DNA from: Euglena gracilis
Lineage: Eukaryota
Length of the DNA stretch: 64,000 bases
NCBI GenBank assembly: GCA_039621445.1
Contig: CP154954.1
Location: forward strand, 25,866,954-25,930,953
Direction of reading: 5' to 3'
The notes below the pieces were generated by a model. That model ran no database searches. It was not told where the DNA came from and worked only from the letters and a program-made list of their open reading frames with translations. Below, piece after piece: positions 1 through 64,000 of the stretch (position 1 is the first letter of the stretch; each line of letters starts with the position of its first letter). The position numbers and the translations under genes were made by a program.

Positions 1-415
1 TCGTCGCCGTTACTGAGTCAGGATTTGAATTCTTTTTTGATGTTTCCCAGGGCGTTTTGTGTCTCGCCGCCAAGTAACATAGGGGCCTTTGTTTTGCACA
101 GGAGGATGGCAGGAGGTCGATGGCCCCGCTTCCGGTCTCGTTTCTGAGATGGATGCAGCCATACCCCGACGTACCCGGCTCAGCCTCCTCCACCTGGGAT
201 TGCCATCCTGGAGGCATCAACAGAGTGCAAATTGCATTATTTCCTGGAACAGCAGAAAGTTGCCCACGTGTTGAAAACGTGGTGGTTTTTGGAAGGCCTG
301 GAAGTGACAGGGAGACAACAAGAAGGCCAGCCAGTGCAAGATCATTCGAGGGCAAGTATTACCCCAACCCCGGGGGGGGGGGGGGCAGGAGAGTGGGCAA
401 TGCACCGCTGCGGGG

Positions 416-8962
<8,547 letters not shown>

Positions 8963-9833
8963 GGGGGCAGGGCGGACTGCCTGGCCACTGTGAGGCCGCC
9001 CCCGCGTGGCAGGGGGAGGCGGGCGGCCCAGGCAGCGATGATTGGCGCCGGAGGCGGTGGCTCCCGAGGGCTGCCTGTCTGACCCCTCTGCGCGTGTGTC
9101 CACGCGTCATGACCCTGCACTGGTCCCCGCAGCAGGCTTTTTTGAATCCTCCAAAGGGCGGTGGTCCTCATACCGTTTGTTTGGAAATTTTCAGCCAGCC
9201 CGCAGGGTTTTACCCAAGATTGGACCCAAGGAAAGGATTGGTTGCTCCGTCCGTCGAAACCAGGATGTCGCTTAAGCCGGAGCGGGGGGTGTTGAAGCTA
9301 GCCAGCAGCCTTTTTCCAGCCTCTGACCCCCTTCCCCCTATGGACGTTTTTATTTGCGTTTATTTATTGGACGGCAATGGATCTTTCGCTTTCGGAGGTG
9401 CAAGAATGGGTCAAAAATGGGCGAAATTGGGTCGGAAGAGGGCTGGCCAGTGCAAATTTAGGGTCAAAAAATGATTTTAACAACCGGTGGTTTTGGGGGC
9501 ATTTCTCAGTTTCGATTTTTTGGGTGGAAACCCCTCTCCTGGCCCGAGGGGAGTGACTCAAAGCGCTGGAGGGGCGGTTTGAGTTTCTGTTTCCCGGCGC
9601 AAACCATCGCATTCCCAGACCCACCCCGGTCCAAAACGTGCCCCACGGGGCTGCGGTCCCCCCCCTCCTTTAAAGGAGGAAACAAAAGGCCCCACGATGC
9701 GCGTCATCCCGTCCCACCTTCCAAACCGACCGCCCGGCCGCAGGGACCCCAGGGTCCGCCAAAGGAAGCCTGCCCACCGCCGCTGCACTCCGCCCCGGCT
9801 GTCCCTGACCCACACCCACACCCACACCCACAC

Positions 9834-10162
9834 CAGGATTCCATTTAAGGGTTCACAGTGCCTCTGGGGGGGAGGGGGGGCTCGCCTGCAGGTAGTCCAA
9901 ATTTGGTCAGCGGAAATGCTAGTGGACCCCGGGAGGGTCTGCCTGAAGCTATCGAGTGGAAAGTATTTTTCTCCGGTTTTTTTTGTCCCAGTGACCGGGG
10001 CAAAGCTCTGTAATTTTTTTTCATCCCCAAAACCTGTGCAGCGTCGGGGAATTTTTTCCGGTCAGTAAACCCCTGTACCGTCCTGGGGGGGAGTCTAGCT
10101 ATTGGCTTTTTACTGGTGGCTCATAGCCAGTGGATCCCCACAGGTTTTTCAGCAAAAGCCTC
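9834..10162. mobile_element. MITE related to the 58043 intron element
   Basis: Shares CTAG(T/C)..ACC...GGTCTGC and GCT..AGCCAGTGG.CCCC...AGCAA.AGCCT blocks; flanks ACCCACAC / ACACACAC. Confidence 0.55.
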
Positions 10163-10172
10163 ACACACACAA

Positions 10173-11850
10173 CAGGGCGGTCCATAAGGGACGGATTTTT
10201 TTTTTAGTTAAGGACCGCCCCTTAAGGACCGCCCCCCCCCCAATACGCAGAAACCCGAAAAATTGGACCTGAAAAAAAATTCCAGCGCCTTCGGCGCCGG
10301 GTGTTTGTTTTGACCCATTTTGGGACCCATATAGGAGGTCCCCCCAAAAACCCCTCAAAACCCCATTTTTTCACATCTTCCAAAAATTAAAACATTTTCT
10401 CAAAATTGTAGTTTTGAGAGGTTCTCAAAGTTTAGTTTTGAAGCAAAAAAAGCCAATGAAAGTACAAGAAATTTCCAAGAGAAAAAAATGTCAGTAAAAT
10501 TTCGATTGTGTCAAAATTTGGTTCTTTTGGTACTTTTTTTTACCTTCGTTATTTTCCACCCCCCCCCTCCTAAAAACTACCAAATTTAACCCTGAGATCT
10601 TTGAGATTTTTTTGTGAAAAAAATGTGGTTTTCCATCAAAAAATCATGTACCGTGTGGGGGAAAAAATTGGAGGCCGAAAAATTGATTGGTAAAAAAATG
10701 GCGTACAGAAATCAGGGGGGGGGGGAATGCGTTTCGCATTTTTTTTTTTTTTTTTTTTCAAATTTTCCAAATATTCGCATTTTTTCGCTTTTTTTCTTAT
10801 TTTTTGCGTTTTTTTTTTTTTTTTTCTGCTCTTTTTTTTGCTTTTTGGCACATTTTTTCATGATTTTCCAAAATTTTCGCATTTTTTTGACCATTTTTGC
10901 AATTTTTTGCAAAAATTTGAAATTTTCGACTTTTTTTGAAACTTACATTTTCCTCATTATTCTACATAATTTCTTCAAATTTGGTGCCATTTTTGCATGT
11001 TTTTGGGTAATTTTTGCATTTTCGTGATTTTTGTGCATTTTTTCTCGGATTTTGCGCATTTTTGCGCATTTTTTCCAAAAATGCGCATTTTTTGCACATT
11101 TTTTTTCTCTTTTTTTTGCGCATTTTTTCCGAGGCCGGGCGAGCGCATTTTCCCCCCCCCTGCAGAAATCCTGTCAATTTTTTCCGGCCCTTTTTTGAAA
11201 ATCGTGCCAATTTTTTCCCATTTTCCCCCACTTTTTTTGGTTGCCATGGAAGAAATCTTGCCATAACTGGACGTTTTCACATAAAAAATCCTGCCAATTT
11301 TTTCCGGGTCGTTTTCAGGTTTGGCACCAATCTAGCCCCAAATTCCCCCCCCCCCGGTATTTTGGGTTCATTTATCAAAATTTTTTCAATTTTTTTCAGC
11401 CCAAATACCCCGTTTTTCCGAAATTGGTGAAAATGCTGCCCAAAATGTTGCCCAAACCCCCCCAAACCCCATTTTTTCCACACCTTCTAAAATTTCAACA
11501 TTTCTCAAAATTTTGATTTTGAGAAATTTTTGAAGCAAAAAATACCACTGAAAATCCAAAAAAATTCCGAGGGAAAAAATGTCAGTAAAATTTGAATGTT
11601 CCAAAATTTGGTCCCACTTTTTGACCTGCATTTTTTTGACCGCCCTCCTAAAAACTAACAATTTTCAGCCCTAAAATTTTGGAGATTTTTTTGGGAAAAA
11701 ATGTGATTTTCCATCAAAAAACCATGTATTTTGGGTTCATTTTTCAAAATATTTTTTTTCAAAAAGAATTCCCCGGCCAATATCCCCTTTTCCTTATTTT
11801 TTGGTTGAGTGTATGGGGACAGGATTTTTTTTTGCTTAAGGACCGCCCTG
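10173..11850. mobile_element. Non-autonomous hAT-like element (~1.68 kb)
   Basis: TIRs CAGGGCGGTCCATAAG / CTTAAGGACCGCCCTG (15/16); perfect 8-bp TSD ACACACAA (10165-10172, 11851-11858); A/T-tract-rich interior with no convincing ORF. Confidence 0.85.
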
Positions 11851-12235
11851 ACACACAAACACACACAGCACACAACACACACACATACACAACGCACACA
11901 CACACACACACTCACACACACTCACACTCACACACACAACACACAACACACACAAACACACACAAACATACACCAACAACCCCACACAACACACATAACA
12001 CACACACACACACACACACAACCACGCAAACGCAACACAACACACAACACACACACACACACACACACACACAACACAACACAACACAACACAACACACA
12101 CACACACACACACACAACACAACACACACACACACACACACAACACAACACAACACAACACAACACAACACAACACAACACAACACAACACAACACAACA
12201 CAACACAAAACAACACACACACACACACACACGCG
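11851..12235. repeat. (CA)n/(CACAA)n microsatellite
   Basis: Direct reading. Confidence 0.95.
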
Positions 12236-12599
12236 CGCACTACCCGTAACACCCCCGGTTCGCTGACCGCCTTCCTGCACTGCCATCCCCCGCCCCGCGG
12301 CCGTGGGCCGCGGCACCGCCGCCCCACCCCGGGGTGGGTGGGTGGGGCGCCGGACTGGGCCCGCCGCAGTGCTGCCGCCCCCGCCCCCGCCCTCGCGCAA
12401 ACCACCCCTGCCAACAGCGAACCCCCACCTCGACCCGCCCCCGCTTGACTGCCTCGGTGTCACACCACCCCACACCCCCCCCTCGCGGTCCCCCTCCCCA
12501 CCCACCCCTCGGCTGGGCTGTGGGCTTGGGCGGAATAGAGCCCCGGCAGCGGGGGCCCCTCGGCCCTCCTGGGTCCACCTTGTCCGGCTCGGGACGTGC

Positions 12600-56400
<43,801 letters not shown>

Positions 56401-57189
56401 CTGACTCGCGAGACCCCCAAAAACTTTCCCCCGCTGTGTGGTATGATATATATATGTGTGTCTATCCCTCTCTGTGCACCTTTTGGCACCCTTTTTGCCC
56501 GCCGAACAGTTGTATTCGGCCGCCATCCCTCCCACCCCGTATTGGCGCTCGCTCCACCGCCTGCCTGGCTCTCCTAGCTGGCGAGCTTTGCTGCCACCTG
56601 GCCAGCCTCCCCCCCCCACTTTCCCCTAACCGCCATGTGTGCTGTCGCATACCTGTACTCCTCAGGGCAGCGGTGTGTCGCACTCCCTCCCTGGCCCCCA
56701 GGAGGTCCTGCGAGTGCCAATGTGCTGCTGCTCCTCAACCAAGCTTCCACTTTCCTGACGCTTTGGGGCTGAGGAGAGAGAGCCGTTCGGCCGCCAGACC
56801 CCCAGGTGCCCTCAAAAAGACCTCCTACGGAAAGGCCGGGTCATTATGCAGAACTTCTAGACTCCGGCATAAAGGTTTCTGTTAGGGCTAGGGAAATTTT
56901 CAAGCATCAAGCAAATCGCGTCTGATTGAAGGTGCAGCTGCTCATAGATTTTTGCAGCAAAGGGTGTATCAGAATGAAGCTTTTCCAGGTTGCTGTTATG
57001 GGGATTTTTTTGTGGAATTCACAGAAGCAAAGCATAGTCAGTTAAATCCTGGGATATTTGTCTCAGCAGCTGGATTTTTCACACAGCGTACATTTCCAAG
57101 GCGTTTTCAGAACAAGTCACCTGAATATACACTGATAAAACCCTGAAAACAACATGGAGCATTAATTTTCATACACGTCCAATTTTGTA

Positions 57190-57690
57190 GGGCATACCCA
57201 ACCCCAAGCCCAAAAGCCTCTGCCAGCCATGGGGTGTGGTGATGGGGTGTGCACACTGGCACGACACCGCCCTGCACGCCGCAGCGCACCTGCGCCTGCA
57301 AAATTGAGGCCACATTTTTGAGTGCTAAATTTTGCAATTTGTGACCCCTGCCAAATGTCAGGTCAATTCCCACCCTGGAAAGGAAAGAGGGTTGTCCATA
57401 TTATGTGTGTGTGTTTGTGTACAGGTGTGTGTATACATACACCTTTGGGACGACACGTCCTTGTCAACGTTGGCTGTGGTGCAAGTGAATTCGTCCAGGT
57501 GGACATTTTGGTCCATAAATTTCCAAAATTGCTCCAATTTGCCCAAAATGTCCACCTTGACGGAGTCACTGGCACCATAGCCAACGTTGACAGTGGCATG
57601 CACCACGTGTCGTCCAGAAGGTGGGTGGAAGGCAACCTGCCCCAGTATGGACCACCTCCTCTCCTTTACAGTGAGGGAATTGATTTTGGA
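57190..57690 (-). CDS. Putative two exons of a small minus-strand gene
   Basis: Minus-strand segment 57690-57443, bounded by AG/GT, reads SKINSLTVKERRWSILGQVAFHPPSGRHVVHATVNVGYGASDSVKVDILGKLEQFWKFMDQNVHLDEFTCTTANVDKDVSSQ. It joins in phase to a TTTTGCAG-bounded segment from ~57295 (RRRCAAACRAVSCQCAHPITTPHGWQRLL). Start and stop not resolved. Confidence 0.35.
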
Positions 57691-58023
57691 CTATGAGAAT
57701 ATTGTATTGCTTTTGGGCAACCCTGAATATCCCCCTCCGTGCATGGTCGGTGCTGGGCGTATATGGCCTGGGGGCTCGTTGGGGATTTTTTGTTTCGTTG
57801 CAATTTTGCACAGAGATCAGTGAAAATGGGGTGGGGATAATGATGGAGGGAGAAGTCGGTATGGAAGTCGGTATGGAAAGTAGTAAGTAGTAAGGTGTGG
57901 GTTTGTTCTCCTCTTTTTTTGGCGGTTTGTATCGAGCAGCTTTTGAACAAAAAAAGTAATATCGGCGTATCGTCTGTCGTAGGCCTCGGACCAGTTTTTT
58001 TTTGTTGTTGTGATCTGCCCACC

Positions 58024-60410
58024 ATGCCCAAGAAGGCCAGATCAGTCTATTGCTTAAGGATTCGCAGCACCCCCCGGGCCCCGGGGGGGGGGGGGGGCTG
58101 GAATGCAGCTAGTGCAAATCCTAGCAGACCTCCCTGGGTGGGGTCTGCTAGCAGGGCTAGCTGGTGGAAAAAAATTTTCACTGACCAGTGCAAAACGCCG
58201 AAAAAAAAGTTTTGGGACCCCCAAAAACGGGCCAAAAGCGTCGTTTTTGTCCATTTTGGGGGATTTTTGAACAAAATCAGCCAAAAAAAAATGCATTAAA
58301 AACCTCATTTCCACCTGCGCCAGAGGAATGGTTTTTTCCCAGTCCAGGACCCTCGGACCCCCTAGGGTCCATTTTTTCCAGTGTCTAGCAAAATGGCTAA
58401 ATCAGTGGGCCCCCCCCCCCCCGGGTCCTTGAGCAATAGCCTGGGCCAGACCCACAGCTCCCCAAAAGCGCGGAGCCTCCCCGGCCCCCGCCCCCTCCCC
58501 GGCAGCCACCGTGACCAGGCACCCACGGCCAACCAGAGCCGACCAGGGCCGACCAGGTGCGACCAGTGCCACTTTCAAGACCCCCGTAGGTCAGGGTTCG
58601 GACCAAGGCCGACCAGGGCCAATTTTGCCTTTTGTCGGCTGATTGTGCCCATGGGAATGGTGGACAAGGTCTCCCCCAGCTTGCGTTTTTTTTTCTGGCC
58701 ATTAGTGCCATCTTCACCCATTTCTCCCCAATTTTGGCCCACGTTTGCATTTTTTGCCATTTTTGGCCCACTTTTCCCTGTTTTGATTCTCAAGAGGAGA
58801 AGGATGTGACCAAAAGTGACCAAAGAGTTATCGAAAAGGCCGAAAGTTACCAAAAAAAATCAGCAGAAGCAGCCTCAAGTGGCAAACGAGGTCATTTTAG
58901 GAGCAGAAGGAGTGTGCAAAAGTGCAAAAGTGATCAAAAAGGGGCAAAAGCAGCCTCAAGTGGTCAAAGGCCGTCAAAAGCAACAAAAAAAGTGGCCAAA
59001 ATCGGTACCAAAGCAGCAAAAAAAGTGCCAAAGTGCTGAAAAAGAAGCCAAAAGCAGTCGAAAATAGCAAACAAAAAAAAACGGCCAAAAGTCGGCAAAA
59101 GTGACCAAAAGCAATTAAAAGCAGCAAGAAGAGGCAACAAAGTGTTGGAAAAGGTTTCCAGTTTACAAGTGGTCAAAGGTGTCCAAAAGGCCAAAGTTGC
59201 TTCAAAGTGGCAAAATGTGCGCAAAAATATTTTTAAGAAAAATGACATAAAACACCCTAAATTGGGTGAGAGTGGCCAAAAGTGGGTAAAGGTGGCCAGA
59301 AGCAGTCAAAAGCAACAAAAAAAAATTGTCCAGAAGTCGGCAAAGTGGTGAAAATCAGTGAGAAGCAGCAAAAAAAGTGGACAAAAGCACACAAAAGCAT
59401 CAAAAAGCCAGCAGAAGTCGGCAATGGTGTACAAAGCAGTCAAAAGGAAGTCAGTAAAAGTGGCCAGAAGCAATCAAAAGCAGCAAAAAAAAACATCAGA
59501 CGTGCCCTCAAAGTAGCAAAAAGTGGCGACAAAGTGGTCAAAAGCAACAGAAGCAGCCTAAAACTGCCAAAGATGGCCAAAACAACCTAATGCATAAAAG
59601 TGGCAAAAGTGGGCAAAAGCAACCAGAAAGCACCCGGAAGCACTCAAACTCAATCCCAATCACCAAAAAATAAAAGTGGCCAAAAGTGGCTAAAAGTGAC
59701 TAAAAGTGGGCAAACGTGGGTAAAGTAACAAAAGTGAGCAAATTTTTTTAAAAAAACTGCATTGTATCCCCGTGATTTATGCTCATTTTTTGTTGGCAAA
59801 CCCCCCACCTATGGTCGATGCCGACCAGGGCCGACCAGGGCCGACTATGGCGTCAAAATGGGAAGTGATTATAGGTGCCTGACCGTGGCTTTGCCCGGCT
59901 GCCCTCCCCCCCGCCCCTCCTCGTCGGCCTTCCCCCAGCGTCACGTGCCACCCACGCAACAGGATTCTTCATTGATCAGCAAAAGGTGCTGCCTGGCATT
60001 GGTCATATATTAAGATATATTGAGGTCCATCGCTCTCAACAACACAAGCAACAGATGGCAGTGTTCGAAAAGGAGATGAGAGCTTTGAGTATTTTTAGTA
60101 TTCTTCCCTGTGGCAGCTCAATGGGGTCGCCACACAAGGGTATTATTTTTATGGCGTAAATTTTCTGGGTTTTAAGGCATTTCCAATTTTTAAGGCATCT
60201 ATTTTAAGTCTAAGGGCCGTCCTGGCATCGAACAGGTGTCCTAAATCAAATTATTATTTATATTGTATGCATGTATGTATGTATGTATGTATGTATGTAT
60301 GTATGTATGTATGTATGTATGTATGTATGTATGTATGTATGTATGTATGTATGTATGTATGTATGTATGTATGTATGTATGTATGTATGTATGTATGTAT
60401 GGTATGTATG

Positions 60411-60442
<32 letters not shown>

Positions 60443-60758
60443 TGTGTGTGTGTATGTATGTATGTATGTATGTATGTATGTATGTATGTATGTATGTATG
60501 TATGTATGTATGTATGTATGTATGTATGTATGTATGTATGTATGTATGTATGTATGTATGTATGTATGTATGTATGTATGTATGTATGTATGTATGTGTG
60601 TGTGTGTGTATGCATGCATGCATGCATGCATGCATGCATGCATGCATGTATGTATGTATGTATGTATGTATGTATGTATGTATGTATGTATGTATGTATG
60701 TATGTATGTATGTATGTATGTATGTATGTATGTATGTATGTATGTATGTATGTATGTA

Positions 60759-60793
<35 letters not shown>

Positions 60794-62850
60794 ATGTATG
60801 TATGTATGTATGTATGTATGTATGTATGTATGTATGTATGTATGTATGTATGTATGTATGTATGTATGTATGTATGTATGTATGTATGTATGTATGTATG
60901 TATGTATCTATGTATGTATGTACGTATCCCCTGCTCCACGCCAGTTTCAGGCCGACCACACAGACCCACGCGGTCCCCCCGCCACTGGGCTGCTACTGGG
61001 CGCTGGCCCCGACTCCGACTGGCCCCGACTCCCGTCCCCCATCCAGCCCCCTTCAGCTTCTGACCCCTCCTTAGCCTCAGGGGGCCAGCCAGTGCCGCGC
61101 AACGTGTGCCGCGGCGCCGCAGGGGAAGATGGGGGGATGCCCCGGCATGATTTGCAGGAAAATGGTGAGGAAGTTGCAAACGATGCCGAAGGATGAGAGA
61201 ACAATAAGATAATAACGGAGCAGTGTCAACCATGCCAATACTGTTGAGGTTTTTGGTGCTGTCCCTCGACATTGTTTGGTGTCCCTCACATTGTTTGGTG
61301 GCCGGAAACGGGACCTCCCAACTGGATTTGGGGGGCGTTGTGGGGTCTGAGGACCCCACCGGTCAAGCCGGCAGCTGCTGGGCCCACTCCACCCCACCCC
61401 CAGAGACTTTGCGAAGGTCCACGACACGGGGGGAGGTTCTGGTCAGACCCCCCCCTGTCGGTTTGGGTCGAGGAGGGGGGGATCTTTTTTTTCGACACGA
61501 ATTACCGACAAGGTTTGGACCAAGAATTAAACCCCAAAAAATGTGGTCCTCCCCGAGCTGCTTCCCCCCCCCCTAGCCCGCCAAGGGCTGAGTGGGCGGC
61601 CCCCTTGACCCCCTTTGGAGCCTGGATAGTAATACCCCTTCCCTCCAACCCCACCCACCCCCGCGGCGCCGGGGAGCCCAGCAACCTACGTTCCCCACCC
61701 CCACCCCAAACAAGACCCATGTCTGTTGCAGGAAATCTCCAGGGGGGCGGTCTTATTTTGGATTTTTGCTTGGTCGACCCAGAGGGGTCTTGTTTTTAGG
61801 GTTGGGTTGCCTGCATCCATTTGGGGTGTGGGTCTGTGGGAAGGACAGACCGCGCCACAGCGCGACGGCAGCCCCGCCCCCAACCTGGCGGCTGCTCCGC
61901 CCCCCGACCCCGGCCGGGCAGTGGGGTCCTCGCCTTCCGTGTCTGTCGGTTTCGCTATCAATGTTTGCATGGTTTGGGGGTTTTTGTGGTTTCGGTGTGG
62001 TTTTGTACCCGCTTCGACCCCCAGCTTGGGCCCTCGTTCTGGCTAGGCAGACTCTTATTGCGATGGGGGCAGACTCAAACCCAGGGGGCAGCCTCTCAAT
62101 TTGATTCTGGGGGGTGGGAGCTAAATGGTTGTCCCCGGGTTTGCTTCTTTTCCATTGATACACAGAGCCACCGGCGTAGCCTCCGCTTGGGTTTGAAGCT
62201 TACAACCTTCTCCTCTCCCAACCCGCTCACCTGGGGGGCAGCCTCGCAGAGGTCAATAATTCCAGGCTTGGGCCAAACCCCCGAATTGAGGAAACCAGCT
62301 TCCCGGTGCGTCTCCTCCCCGCCTCTATGGCAACTTGAGGGAGGTCTGGAGAGGGACGTGCGAGATTCAGCGAGGGGGGTTTGGGCGTTCTGAAGAGGTC
62401 CCGCTGTCGCAGCATTTGTACACGGAATATGGAAGCCCCACCCCACAAACACACCCAATGCGCAAACAACACAACACCGCACACACTACACACAACACAC
62501 ATCCAACACACACCCACGCGCAACACACACATAAAACACACACACACACATCCAACACACACACAACACACACTCATTCACGCAACACACACAGACACAC
62601 ACAATATATGCAACCGACCCCTGGCCTGTCCCGACAGGCGGACGTTGCGCACCAGTGCACAGCCACTCCACCCCACCCGCACCAGGAAGGGAGCCGGGGC
62701 GGCAGCCCCCTCCCCCGCCGCCGGCCGGCCGTCAGTGTGGGACGAGCGAGTGCCACAGGCGATGGCGGAAATTGTGCAGGACAGGCGCTTCCCGACGGTG
62801 GAGGCGGTGCGAGTGTTGCTCGTGGAGCGGCACCAGTACGTCCCGCGCAG
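58024..62850 (+). CDS. 5' part of a multi-exon gene for a Pro/Ala-rich protein of unknown function
   Basis: ACC-ATG at 58024. Removing the CAG..CTG introns 58040-58448, 58513-59886 and ~59958-60939 gives a continuous frame MPKKARPTAPQKRGASPAPAPSPAATVALPGCPPPRPSSSAFPQRHVPPTRQFQADH... Probable further exons at ~61843-61920 and 62638-~62850 (..WDERVPQAMAEIVQDRRFPTVEAVRVLLVERHQY). Confidence 0.65.
58040..58448 (+). other. Non-conventional intron that is a complete MITE (58043-58443)
   Basis: TIRs CAGTCTATTGCTTAAGGA / TCCTTGAGCAATAGCCTG (16/18); flanking 8-mers GGCCAGAT / GGCCAGAC; the body is similar to elements at ~4866-5737, 9834-10162 and ~14550-14830. Confidence 0.8.
58513..59886 (+). other. 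Non-conventional intron that is a non-autonomous TIR element (58516-59881)
   Basis: TIRs CAGGCACC / GGTGCCTG, sub-terminal GCCGACCAGG repeats near both ends, flanking 8-mers ACCGTGAC / ACCGTGGC, A-rich degenerate ~10-bp repeat interior. Confidence 0.8.
60264..60925. repeat. (TATG)n/(CATG)n/(TG)n compound microsatellite
   Basis: Direct reading. Confidence 0.97.
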
Positions 62851-63406
62851 GGGTGGGTGGACCATGCCGTTGGTGAGTTTGTGTCCGACTCCCGGAGGGA
62901 GGGTTGCTGAGTGTGGATTCGTTCTGGCTGAGTGGCGGGGGCCAAGAATCGGCCGCCCAGTGCCGAAGGTGCCAGAATTTTTTTTGGAAAATTTGGCCAA
63001 CCCCATTGATTTTCAGCTATTTTGATTTGAGGGGATTGACCCCCCAAGGAGGAAGGTGGGAAGCGACTGACTGGTTTTTCAAAAGCGGAACGTGACCCCC
63101 TCTCTCTTGGGGAAAGGAGGTCGCTAGGAGGTCCTATGGCATGGACTGGGTGTAATTTGGGGGTAGGAATTGGTGGCTAAAGTGATGTCATTGCTGACAC
63201 AGACCTCATGGACAAGGCCGATTGTGTGAAGTTTGTGGCGTTGTTTGATTATATTTGGTGTAGTTGTGGATGGAAATGCACATGAAACAGCATACACCAA
63301 GTTATGAAACCAATTTCATTTATGAATTTGCACGTTTTTGTTGGTGAAATGAACCAAAAGTCACATGTGTGGTACACACCTGGTGTGTTCGATCGTTAAC
63401 AGAAAG

Positions 63407-64000
63407 CAGGGTTTCCCACGAATTGGTGCCACAAATAATCACCAATAATCACGAACCAGCACGAATTTGGGGATTTTCCAAAATCACGAATAATCACGAA
63501 TTCCCACAAACGACCCGGAACAGTTTTTGCTCTCATTGCAGAATGTCTTCTTCTGAGAATGATGCCTCAATCAAGGGGCAATCCTCCTCAGAAGGGAAAC
63601 AAACGTGGAAACGGGGTTAAAATGCCGTCCCAGAAGCGTGCTGCTTAGGTGCCTTTTGTATCATTTTTGGCTTTTTTGTTAGTGGGTTTGGTAATGTTCC
63701 AAGCTTTTAAGCCGAAGTGTGTGGAAGACCTCAAGCTGCTGTCATGATGTTGTGCAATGACGCTGTTCTGTTCACATGTGATCCGACCCTTTCTGCCAAT
63801 GGACCACACACCGTGCAACACAACACTGCACAGTGCAACACCGCACGCTTTGGCAACAACGTCATTCATTGGCGTCACTTTTTGTCTGCAGCTTTGCTTC
63901 TTGTTCAAGATTATTGTCCAATCTAGATGGTCAAAGAGCTTCGTTTTTGATATTTCTGCTGTTGATACAGGTGATCACAAGTCAGACGAGGAGTGTACAT
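63407..64000 (+). mobile_element. Probable left end of a larger hAT-like element
   Basis: Starts CAGGGTTTCCCACGAA followed by clustered (AAT)CACGAA sub-terminal repeats (63417-63500); right end outside the window. Confidence 0.45.

Noticed and set aside
9697-9810. ATG MRVIPSHLPNRPP as the start of gene 2
   Set aside because: Plausible, but I could not join it confidently in frame to downstream exons.
10614-11661. Phe/Lys-rich ORFs resembling membrane or basic proteins (also 58632-59590)
   Set aside because: Artefacts of A/T-tract filler inside non-autonomous elements.

Overview
This is intron-rich eukaryotic nuclear DNA, almost certainly from a euglenid (Euglena-like). Short GC3-rich exons are separated by a mix of GT-AG introns and euglenid-type non-conventional introns (nnnCAG...CTGnnnnn with base-paired ends). 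I reconstructed three + strand genes by hand: (1) the 3' part of a TTD14-like P-loop/CYTH-like protein (416-8962); (2) a ~44 kb gene for an unknown protein with a tandemly duplicated ~150-aa domain and a coiled-coil tail (~12.6-56.4 kb); (3) the 5' part of a Pro-rich protein starting MPKKARPT (58024 onward). A small minus-strand gene may lie at ~57.2-57.7 kb. Introns are full of MITEs, microsatellites and a Mutator-like element carrying a 77-bp satellite. The main observation is that the non-conventional introns look like hAT-type MITEs. Free CAG...CTG elements here have perfect 8-bp TSDs. Several introns have the same termini, TIRs from the same families and 7/8-identical 8-bp flanking repeats, with splice sites falling 5+3 inside the TSD, so splicing removes the element plus exactly one TSD. 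Most ORFs in the supplied track are repeat artefacts. All exon models are manual and need RNA-seq confirmation.
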